64,000 bases of DNA from Candidatus Latescibacterota bacterium (GTDB lineage Bacteria; Latescibacterota; UBA2968; SICM01): NCBI GenBank assembly GCA_965217865.1, contig CBDCJO010000002.1:2400001-2464000 (forward strand), written 5' to 3'. Each line of letters starts with the position of its first letter. Positions within the stretch are counted from its first letter, which is position 1. Shown piece after piece: positions 32,524-40,411 of the stretch. The notes beneath the pieces were generated by a model, which was not told where the DNA came from, ran no database searches, and saw nothing but the letters and a program-made list of their open reading frames with translations. Made by a program: the position numbers and the translations under genes.

Positions 32524-33111
32524 AGCGATCTGCTCGGAGAGGATTTCAACTACATGGGCAGCGATGGAAACTACTACGTGGGGGATACGGGGTGGCATTC
32601 CGATGGGAGACATCCGGAATTTTTACACATCAAAATTGCTTTTTACCTGGACCGCCTGACCCCGGAAACCGGCAGTCTCCGGGTCATTCCAGGGAGCCAT
32701 CGGATCGGGGATCGCTTTGAGGAAAACCTTCAGGATCAGGTTCGAGCTAGCGATCACAATTGGGGGGTCGGGGGAGCCGACGTACCGTCCTTCGCTTTTG
32801 AGAACGGGCCGGGAGACCTGCTCTGTTTCAACCACAACACCAAGCACGCGGCCTTCGGTGGGGGGATTCGGAGGCGAATGTTTACGATAAACTTGAGCCA
32901 GCGCTATCCCGAAAACCGACTGGAAGATCTTCGATCCTACCTGGCTAAAGCAGCTCGTTTCTGGATCGATCGGAAATACGGTGAGATCATGGTCCGCACC
33001 GCCGGTCCGGAGCGGATGCGTCACCTGGAACAGGTGATGGCCAACGACGGGCATCTGGCCGAACTATCCCGGAAAGCCCGAGAGGAAATGACCGAACCGG
33101 CTCGGGGTTAA
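32524..33111 (+). pseudogene. Phytanoyl-CoA dioxygenase family, 5'-truncated
   Basis: WHSD, GSLRVIPGSH, PGDLLCFNHNTKHA; no start codon; abuts the start of the divergent hydrolase. Confidence 0.7.
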
Positions 33112-33231
33112 AGGGGAAACCGGAGGGGTGGTTGCTAAAAATCCACACCCTTCCTATCCTGTGATCGCGATGGGCCCAAAGAATGTGGCAAACGCGGTCT
33201 TCGGTGGCGGCACAGGCAATTCGGATGAGAA

Positions 33232-34082
33232 ATGATGAACCGCATTTTTGAACCCTTCTTCAACCGGATCTATAAGAAGGTCTTCGATCATCTCTTCGGC
33301 GGTATTCGTCCTCATCGCGGTGATCATCACCGCAGGGGTGATATATTACGCGAGGCAGAAGTACGAGAGCGACCTCAAACGCAAAGTCGCGGAGTTCGCC
33401 ATCATCGCTGCGGAACAGAGCCGGGAAATGTTCATCGATGCCCTGCAACAGCACCATGTCACCCTCGAGGAACTCTTCGATGACGACTACCAGAAGATCA
33501 GTTTGGAAGAATTCAAAGCCACGTATGTTTCCGAGAGTGATCAACACAGAATCTCCGATGACTATATCCGTCTACTGATGGATCGTGTGGTGGAAAAGGA
33601 CGTAGATGAATACTATCGCTACCACACCGCTTATGACCAGATCCCTTTTCTAAACGAGCGGGCTTTGCAGATCGAAGAGCCTTTCCTGAAATTGGAGAAC
33701 ATCGATTTCACCCTGGTGATCGACCGCAACGGCTATATCCCCTTTCACCACGCTGCCAATTCCAAAAAATTAACGGGCGATCTCGAAACCGACATTTTCG
33801 CCAACCGCACCAAACGTATGTGGCGAAAATTTGGGGGAAGAACACAGAATCCTGACGGAGTTTCTTATACTTATTACCGACGCGACACCGGTACTCCCTA
33901 CCTCAATGTCAACGGCCCCATCGTGCTGGAAGGCAGGCACTGGGGGGCCGTTGTAATAGGATACAACGCGACGGAAATCGATACGGCTGTAGCCGAATTA
34001 CAACGAACCGCCGCACTGCTCATCCTCGCCATCGTCCTGCTGACCGTCACCATTTACTCCATCTTCATTCTCTTTTCCCTAG
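33232..34082 (+). pseudogene. Membrane sensor (TM-Cache-like-TM) truncated by IS1182; frameshift near the start
   Basis: DRNGYIPFH..ANRTKR..YRRDTG..GRHWGAV sensor motifs typical of MCP-type domains; ends at the IS. Confidence 0.7.
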
Positions 34083-35506
34083 CAGCCCGTTGAAGAACTA
34101 CCTTTCAACGCACATAAACGGAAAAGACGCCTGGAGTGCGGGTCGGATAAATCAAGGTAAGGAGATTGAGCAGGAGACGCTGATAAGAGGTTAAAAAGGT
34201 GACCGAGGGCAGCAAAGCGTGATTGTAGGACGAGCAGTAGACGCTGCAAGGCCTTGGCCAGGTCCTGGAGGGCCTTCGGAGTACCTACGCCCATCACTTT
34301 GCGCATGAGCAGAGCCAGGTTGCAGCCCCCGATGTGGATCAGCAAACGCTTGAGGATATTGCCGCGGTCTCTCAAGTGCAACCTGCGCATGCCACCGGTA
34401 TCATATGTGTGAGCGATGGTTCTTTCCACCCGTTCTGCACGACTTCGGCGCAAGGCCTTGCCGCGATCTCCCTTGATCCGGCGTCGATTCGCATATACCG
34501 CGGCCTGCTCATCTCGTCGGCCGTTCCACTTGCGGCGTCCCCGATCCGGTTCTGAAATGTAACTCCGGATGCCGCCTTGCTTCAGACTGGTCAATACATC
34601 GTTGCTATGATATCCTTTGTCCGCAACCACCTCCCGTATACGCTGTCTGTGCAAACGTTTGGCAGCTTTTTCGTCCTTCGCGACCTGCTTGAGATTGAGC
34701 TGCGCCTCGAGCAGCGTCCAGGGCAACGACTCGGTATCTCCTTCATCTGCTCCCGACAACGCCACTGCCACAATGGCATTGGTGTCCAGATCCACCGCGT
34801 GCTCCACCTTGTGCGCCATGTGCGTGCGACCGTCCTTCATCTTAGCGATCTTGGCATCCGGGTCGTGCGGGTGCTCCCAGTCCTGGTTCGATCCCTTCTT
34901 CGGTCGCTTCTTATCGATCTTGGACAAGTCCTCGCGGGTAGGCGTTTCAATGCCCGAGGCCTTGGCCAGATTCTCAAGGAATGCCTGGTAGCCTTCACCC
35001 GTGTCACGGCGTACAATGCTGCGCATCGCGGCGTTGGCCTCCAGTGTCGTAGCATCCACGCCCAACGTCTTCCCCTTCACCAGACCCGCTTTGCACAAGA
35101 CCCTCAGGATCCACTTGAAAACCGCTTCGTGAACTTCCAAGGGAAGCCGATGCCGGATGCGAGACAGGCTGGAATGATCCGGGGTCTGTTCGTCAAGGGC
35201 ATACCCCAAAAACCGGCGCAACGTCAGCGAGTCAGATACACGCCATTCGATCCCACGTTCCGAATCAAGTCCCTCGAAATACCCAATCAAAAGCATCCGA
35301 AAATAAACCCCGGGCGGAATGCCCTTGCGACCCATATGAGGAGCGTAATACCGCTGGCAAAGCCCCTCGACGAACTCGTCGAAGCCGTTCGCCCCCAATA
35401 CCTGATTCAGCTTCTCGTAGAACGGATGACCCGGAGATTTCACCAAAGTGTTCGATGCGATGTTCAGGTTTTCCTGTCTCTGTCGTCCTCGTTTTCCCAT
35501 TGCCAT
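34079..35506 (-). CDS. IS1182-family transposase
   Basis: GRKGIPP, TPDHSSLSR, VDATTLEANA, VADKGY, RAERVERTIAH. Confidence 0.9.
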   Translation of the reverse strand: MAMGKRGRQRQENLNIASNTLVKSPGHPFYEKLNQVLGANGFDEFVEGLCQRYYAPHMGRKGIPPGVYFRMLLIGYFEGLDSERGIEWRVSDSLTLRRFLGYALDEQTPDHSSLSRIRHRLPLEVHEAVFKWILRVLCKAGLVKGKTLGVDATTLEANAAMRSIVRRDTGEGYQAFLENLAKASGIETPTREDLSKIDKKRPKKGSNQDWEHPHDPDAKIAKMKDGRTHMAHKVEHAVDLDTNAIVAVALSGADEGDTESLPWTLLEAQLNLKQVAKDEKAAKRLHRQRIREVVADKGYHSNDVLTSLKQGGIRSYISEPDRGRRKWNGRRDEQAAVYANRRRIKGDRGKALRRSRAERVERTIAHTYDTGGMRRLHLRDRGNILKRLLIHIGGCNLALLMRKVMGVGTPKALQDLAKALQRLLLVLQSRFAALGHLFNLLSASPAQSPYLDLSDPHSRRLFRLCALKGSSSTGC

Positions 35507-35609
35507 TTGCTCGTCCTCCCTTCTCAGTTTGAACCTGATATATCATAGGACCAAACCACAAGGAAAGACAACAGTCATCTTGGCATAAACGCACTTTTTC
35601 AACAGGCTG
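34083..35609 (-). mobile_element. IS1182-family element, copy 1 (1527 bp), flanked by CTAG
   Basis: IRs CAGCCCGTTGAAGAA / TTTTTCAACAGGCTG; CTAG at 34079-34082 and 35610-35613. Confidence 0.9.
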
Positions 35610-35809
35610 CTAGTGTCGTGTCCCGGAAATTCCTTCAATAATTTCTCGGATAGCGGTCTGTAAACCCTGAACGGAGCGAAGGATCTCTATGTCCCGAACT
35701 ATCAGACAGTTGGTGCGTTCTTCGCTCGCTCGCTCTCGATCAAAATGACAGCCACCGCTACGTTTTTGGAGGCTTTCTTTTGTAAGGAACTTCTGGGACA
35801 CGACACTAG
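35610..35809. mobile_element. 200-bp MITE with IS630-type terminal IRs and an internal REP-like element
   Basis: CTAGTGTCGTGTCCCGGAAATTCCTT ... AAGGAACTTCTGGGACACGACACTAG; second partial copy at 55003-55090. Confidence 0.75.
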
Positions 35810-35823
35810 GCCTTCGTTGAGCG
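35809..35823 (+). CRISPR. 3' 15 bp of a type I-G CRISPR repeat (remnant)
   Basis: GGCCTTCGTTGAGCG is identical to the 3' end of the repeat at 42384-42420. Confidence 0.7.
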
Positions 35824-35840
35824 CTTACCCCTGCGTGATT

Positions 35841-35945
35841 CCGTTCCCCTGGCAAGCGCATCTGGCTACGCAGGTCGCTGATACCGAGGGATGGCCTGCC
35901 GAAGTAGGCGTACCGACGGGACTGGGGAAGACGGCTTGTCTGGAC
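35841..35945 (+). pseudogene. cas3: N-terminal fragment of type I-G (I-U) Cas3 helicase
   Basis: PFPWQAHLATQVADTEGWPAEVGVPTGLGKTACLD (Q motif plus Walker A). Confidence 0.7.
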
Positions 35946-35995
35946 CGCGGTGCGGAGGTTGTCCTTGGGGGTGAGCATCGTCGTCGGCTGGCCCC

Positions 35996-36080
35996 ATCCG
36001 GCAGATCCGCGTGCCTGCACCACCGCGACACTTCCGCCAAATCGAGGGCGTTTCCGGCGCTCGTGAATCGCCGGAAACGC
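35996..36080 (-). pseudogene. Possible internal fragment of Csb2 (Cas5/Cas6 fusion)
   Basis: AFPAIHERR..LDLAEVSRWCRHADLPD across one frameshift; resemblance recalled, not searched. Confidence 0.45.
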
Positions 36081-36085
36081 CCTCG

Positions 36086-36470
36086 CCAGGATGTGGTCTT
36101 CCCCTGCTGTGCAGAACACAACATCGGTGTAATCAACGTCTTCACGGTACGCAATCTCTTCGGGAATCCCCCACGCCTCAGAGAGGTCATTCAAGATCTC
36201 AAAAGACGGGGAAAGATAGCACCCGAGGCCCTTCCGGACGAAACCCCCTTGGCTTGGCTCCTGGAAGATCCCGAAGTCGGTTCACTGGTGGCAGCGGCCT
36301 ACCGATACGCGTTGCACACCGAGCCGGTAACCGCGGTGATGAGCGGCACCATCGAGCGATCGGAACTGGAAGAAAACGTCGCCACATCCGGACAACCGCC
36401 CTTGCCCGAATACTTGCGAGACAGGCTCAAGGAGATATTCGGCGTTATTGCCGAACCCATCGGGAACTGA
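36086..36470 (+). pseudogene. Aldo/keto reductase, C-terminal fragment
   Basis: VFPCCAEHNIGVI, AAYRYAL..VTAVMSGT...ELEENV. Confidence 0.7.
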
Positions 36471-36624
36471 AGTCTGAAGGAGCGGAATGACCTCTGCCTT
36501 TTGCTTTCCTGCTACTGCCACTTGTTACTGCTACTGCTTCCCTCGACCTCCGACCGCTGACCTCTGACTTTTGCATTTTCCATTTTCCATTTTTCACTTT
36601 GCAATTTCCATCCCCTCTTTCCCC

Positions 36625-36653
36625 TTGACATTGAGGACCTCCAAACCTATCTT
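36625..36653 (+). promoter_or_regulatory. sigma70 promoter of the ABC-F leader
   Basis: TTGACA-17 bp-TATCTT. Confidence 0.6.
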
Positions 36654-36831
36654 TTCACACGTAAGGATAATTGGTGCTTGTCGATAAAGGTTTCCTTGGA
36701 TGAAAGAGCAAGAACCGAAATGTAGAGTCTTACAGGAAATCGAGATGGCTTTTCTGTCTCCTAGCAGGTCATTTCTCTTCGGTATCGCATTTGGCAAGAT
36801 AGCAATCGGCGGTGCCTTAAAGGGGAGAAGT

Positions 36832-36864
36832 ATGCCCATGTCCTTCGAGGGGTTTGATCCTTAA
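36832..36864 (+). CDS. Putative leader peptide MPMSFEGFDP
   Basis: AAGGGGAG RBS; lies upstream of two terminators in the ABC-F 5' UTR. Confidence 0.45.
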   Translation: MPMSFEGFDP

Positions 36865-36896
36865 CTTGCTGTATCATTAAGCGATACAACATACGG

Positions 36897-36926
36897 GTCG
36901 TGAGGAACCTCCTCACGACTTTTTTT
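36897..36926 (+). terminator. Intrinsic terminator 1 in the ABC-F leader
   Basis: GTCGTGAGG-AACCT-CCTCACGAC followed by T7. Confidence 0.75.
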
Positions 36927-36940
36927 ATTCTACTTCCCGA

Positions 36941-36978
36941 AGCCGTGGGCTCTATCTGAATGCTCACGGCTTTTTTTT
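36941..36978 (+). terminator. Intrinsic terminator 2 in the ABC-F leader
   Basis: AGCCGTGGGC...GCTCACGGCT running into a T tract. Confidence 0.75.
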
Positions 36979-36985
36979 AACGGAA

Positions 36986-38851
36986 GTGGTGACGATGACG
37001 ATTCTGGAAGTCAATAACGTAACCAAAAGATTCGGGGCCGATGTGATCCTCGAGAAAATTTCATTCAAGGTCAATGGAGGGGAAAAAATCGGCCTGGTCG
37101 GGGCAAATGGATCCGGTAAGTCCACCTTGCTGAAGATGATCGTTGGAGCGGAGCAAACAACGGCCGGAACGATCATAAGGCAAAAGGGCATCGGGATCGG
37201 CTACCTCGCACAGCATCTGCAGTATTCCCCAGGCAATACGGTCTACCAGGAGATCCTGGACAGCTTCAAGCCGCTGATAAAGCTGGGAGCCGAACTAAGA
37301 GCGCTCGAAGCCAGGATGAGTAGTGCTGAGGAGGAGGAGCTTAAGCCGGCGTTGGATCGATATGGGAGGTTGCAAGACGAATACGAACGGCAGGGAGGAT
37401 TCACATATGAGCAAAGAATTGAGGCCGTGATAGAAGGCCTCAGGATCTCCAAGATGAGGGAGCAAAGCATCGAGTCATTGAGCGGCGGGGAAAAGAATAT
37501 CGTAGCGCTTGCTAAGATCCTACTCGGGGAACCGGACGTGCTTCTCCTGGACGAGCCGGCCAACCACCTGGATTTCGAAGGTATGGCCTGGTTGGAGGAG
37601 TTTCTCGGGAACTACAACAAGACCATTATCCTGGTTTCTCACAACCGTTATCTTCTGGACAGAGTCGTGGATAGCGTACTTGAATTAGAGGATAAGAGGA
37701 TTACCGGCTATCCGGGCAACTATTCGGCCTATCGGGCCGGAAAGATGAGAAACCTGCTCAAGCAAAGAGCCGCGCATGAGAGCCAGCAGAAGGAGATTCA
37801 GCGTATTGAAAAAATGATCGCAAGGTTTGAATTATGGGGGGGGGAGAAAAATGCCATACGGGCTCGAAGCAAGCGGAAAATGCTGGACAGGATGAATCGG
37901 ATTGAGAAGCCAAACCTTGACAGGAAAGGCATCGAACCCCGTTTTTCTGTTAATGAGAGAACCGGTCGAATTGCGTTAGAGCTTAAGGGGTATTCAAGAG
38001 TCTTCGGAGAAGCCGTGCTATTCGACAATGTTCAGTTACATCTATCCTCAGGTGATCGAGTGGGATTGTTGGGCGCGAACGGCACTGGCAAAACCACGCT
38101 TTTCAAGGACATTGTCAAGCATGCTTCCTGGGACAATCCAGCCATTAGAATCGGACCCAAGACAAAGATAGGATACTATGCACAGGAACACGAAACGCTC
38201 AATCCGGAACGTTCAATTACGGAAGAGGTGCAATGGCATAGTGAGGTGTCCAGAGATCAAGCCTTCGCGCTCCTGTCCAAATTCCTCTTCGCGTGGACCG
38301 ATATCGATAAGAAGATCAGGACCTTGAGCGGAGGGGAAAAAAGCCGGGTTCAGATCGCCAGGTTGACGGTCTCCGATTCGAATCTGCTCCTTCTGGATGA
38401 GCCCACAAACCACCTGGATATCCAGTCAAGAGAGCGAATGGAGGAGGCACTCGAAGCATTCGAAGGAACCATCCTGGTCGTCTCACACGACCGGTACTTC
38501 CTGGACCGAATTGTGGACCGGATCGTTGAAATCAGAAATCCCCGTCTGCTGGAGTATCCGGGAAACTTTAGTTACTTCTGGGAAAAACGAAAGGAAGGAA
38601 AGGAGTCTGTTCAAAAGAGGAAGAAAAGGAAACCTGTTTCAAGAAAGAAGAAGCGATCTGTCAAGGCATCAGCTTCATCCGTACCGGAGGAGATCAAGAA
38701 GAAAATAAACCGGCTCGAGGAGGAAAAACTCCGGTGCGAGAAGAGCATGGTTTCTGCATATCGCAACCGAGATTACAAACAGGGGGAAAAGATCAGCCAG
38801 AGACTTCGGAAAATCGAGACACAGATCGAGGAGCTTTATGAAAGCCTGTAA
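36986..38851 (+). CDS. ABC-F family ATPase (ribosome-associated)
   Basis: Two ABC domains (GANGSGKST, LSGGE, LLLDEP, VSHDRY), inter-ABC linker, no TMs. Confidence 0.92.
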   Translation: MVTMTILEVNNVTKRFGADVILEKISFKVNGGEKIGLVGANGSGKSTLLKMIVGAEQTTAGTIIRQKGIGIGYLAQHLQYSPGNTVYQEILDSFKPLIKLGAELRALEARMSSAEEEELKPALDRYGRLQDEYERQGGFTYEQRIEAVIEGLRISKMREQSIESLSGGEKNIVALAKILLGEPDVLLLDEPANHLDFEGMAWLEEFLGNYNKTIILVSHNRYLLDRVVDSVLELEDKRITGYPGNYSAYRAGKMRNLLKQRAAHESQQKEIQRIEKMIARFELWGGEKNAIRARSKRKMLDRMNRIEKPNLDRKGIEPRFSVNERTGRIALELKGYSRVFGEAVLFDNVQLHLSSGDRVGLLGANGTGKTTLFKDIVKHASWDNPAIRIGPKTKIGYYAQEHETLNPERSITEEVQWHSEVSRDQAFALLSKFLFAWTDIDKKIRTLSGGEKSRVQIARLTVSDSNLLLLDEPTNHLDIQSRERMEEALEAFEGTILVVSHDRYFLDRIVDRIVEIRNPRLLEYPGNFSYFWEKRKEGKESVQKRKKRKPVSRKKKRSVKASASSVPEEIKKKINRLEEEKLRCEKSMVSAYRNRDYKQGEKISQRLRKIETQIEELYESL

Positions 38852-38874
38852 CGTTTTTGCGGATAGATCTCCAA

Positions 38875-39606
38875 TTAGGATACAGGCATCCCCACAAATA
38901 GCCTGCTGAAGTCATCAACGAGTGGATCTTCCTCTCCGCTATCTGCAGCTCGTGCAAAAACGACTCCCGGGCGCTTCGCACGTCGCGCCCTTGCCAGCAC
39001 ACCGTAACCCTTTGGCGCGTTTATTTCTTGCACTTCCTGAGCTTTCTCGCGTATCTCGAATTGGACCCGCGCAAGCCCATTTCTCGCCCCGAAAACACGG
39101 GCAAAAACCTCTTCAGGCGTGAGGCCATCCCGCCAACCGTTGGGGATCGGAACAAGCTTTCCTTCCACGTCCGGTACGACCCCGCTGCCGCCCAAGTACT
39201 GACGAAGCTGGTGGACGTTTGCGTGCGCCCCGCATTTCGACATCAGGATCACCTGTCCAATATTGTTGTCATCATACGCGCAAAAACCCATCACCCGAGC
39301 CTCCACCTCCCCGGCATAAGCCAGCCACTGATCAGGGTCGTTCTCCTCAGGCTGGGGAGGAAGATCCAAATCCTCCCCAATGAACGGGCTCACAAATGCA
39401 CCCATCCCCTTTGCGACCTCGAAACCGCGCCGCATCAGCCGTTCTGAAGCATCGAGGGCTTTTTGGGGGCCCTCGTGTTCAACGATGTGTCGCAAAGCCT
39501 TAATAAGGGTGTGCCTCGTGATAATTCCGTCTTTTCTCCCCACCTCGGCGCCCGCGAGTTTCCCGATCTCCCCCCATCCTGTCCGTCGAGACCCGCCTTC
39601 CGGCAC
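38875..39606 (-). pseudogene. 5'-truncated, divergent and reduced RNA polymerase beta'-like gene
   Basis: MSKCGAHANVHQLRQYLG..G..VPIPNGWRDGLTPEEVFARVFGARNGLA resembles the funnel/bridge-helix region; VFARAADSGEEDPL..LFVGMP resembles the beta' C-terminus. Confidence 0.65.
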
Positions 39607-39655
39607 AGCGCCTCGATGCCGGGTGGGCGAAAGGTGACGGTCACAGTCTCGTCGA
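39600..39655 (-). pseudogene. Possible C-terminal remnant of a large serine recombinase
   Basis: ETVTVTFRPPGIEALCR resembles the typical V.ITF.P.GI..L tail. Confidence 0.3.
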
Positions 39656-40411
39656 GAGAGTCGGGAAGGGGATCGAGGTCAGGCTCCAAGGGGATACTTG
39701 CCGGAGGACCTTCCGAAACGTCGAAACCGGCCGCCCGGATGCAACCGGGCTGTTAAACAAGGCCGACGGGAAAAACAGAGAATCAGAGAATCCTGAGGAA
39801 ACATCTCTGCTCAGCGGACGCAACCCCACGGTTGTGCTTGCAATCCCGGGTGGAGCGCTTCGAAACAGAGAATCGGCAGAGAGGGGAAGGAGGTGGCCCA
39901 AGTGTTTGTGAATACGACAGAAACGACAAGACTCCGAAGGGTTGCCCCACGGGGTCTTGCGTTAACGGACGACCGCCGAAGTTGGCGGATGGGAATATGG
40001 CTCCCCAACTGCACCCTTTTCCTAACCGCTCACCGTCACGCCAGAGAGAGAACCCCTTGTATTTGAGTAAGTTGTGGAACAAGGACGCCTGCCGCCTGTG
40101 GCCCACGGCCAGGCACTTCACCTCGTGGCTCCCCTCCCGCACCCCTCTTCAGAACCCTCCTCTGTTCGACTGGAAAGTCGTAACATCCTGTATTGAACTG
40201 TCGTAATCACGCCCGCTACCACAGAGGCGGGAGTCATGTCAAGACCGGTTCCCGTTTTTTCAGCCGGATCAGCGGGGCGGAAACGGCGCCAAGGGCAACT
40301 CCTGGCTGGACCTGGCCAGGGGAGAGCCATGGGCGAGGGACTCAGGGCGCTTCACGTCACCTGGGGAGGACGAAAGGGCCTTTGGAGGGAAGGGGTGAAC
40401 TGTTAATTTTT

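Noticed and set aside
34577-35548. 323-aa plus-strand ORF (and its twin at 60704-61675)
   Set aside because: Antisense shadow of the IS1182 transposase with no recognisable motifs
35745-36470. 241-aa ORF as a novel Cas3-aldo/keto reductase fusion
   Set aside because: It starts inside a MITE and crosses a repeat remnant and antisense fragments, so it is a chance read-through
38875-39606. Genuine housekeeping rpoC
   Set aside because: Far too short and divergent, with no rpoB or ribosomal protein context
39600-40400. Group II intron interrupting the RNAP-like gene
   Set aside because: No GTGCG 5' end paired with a domain V/VI motif, and no RT ORF
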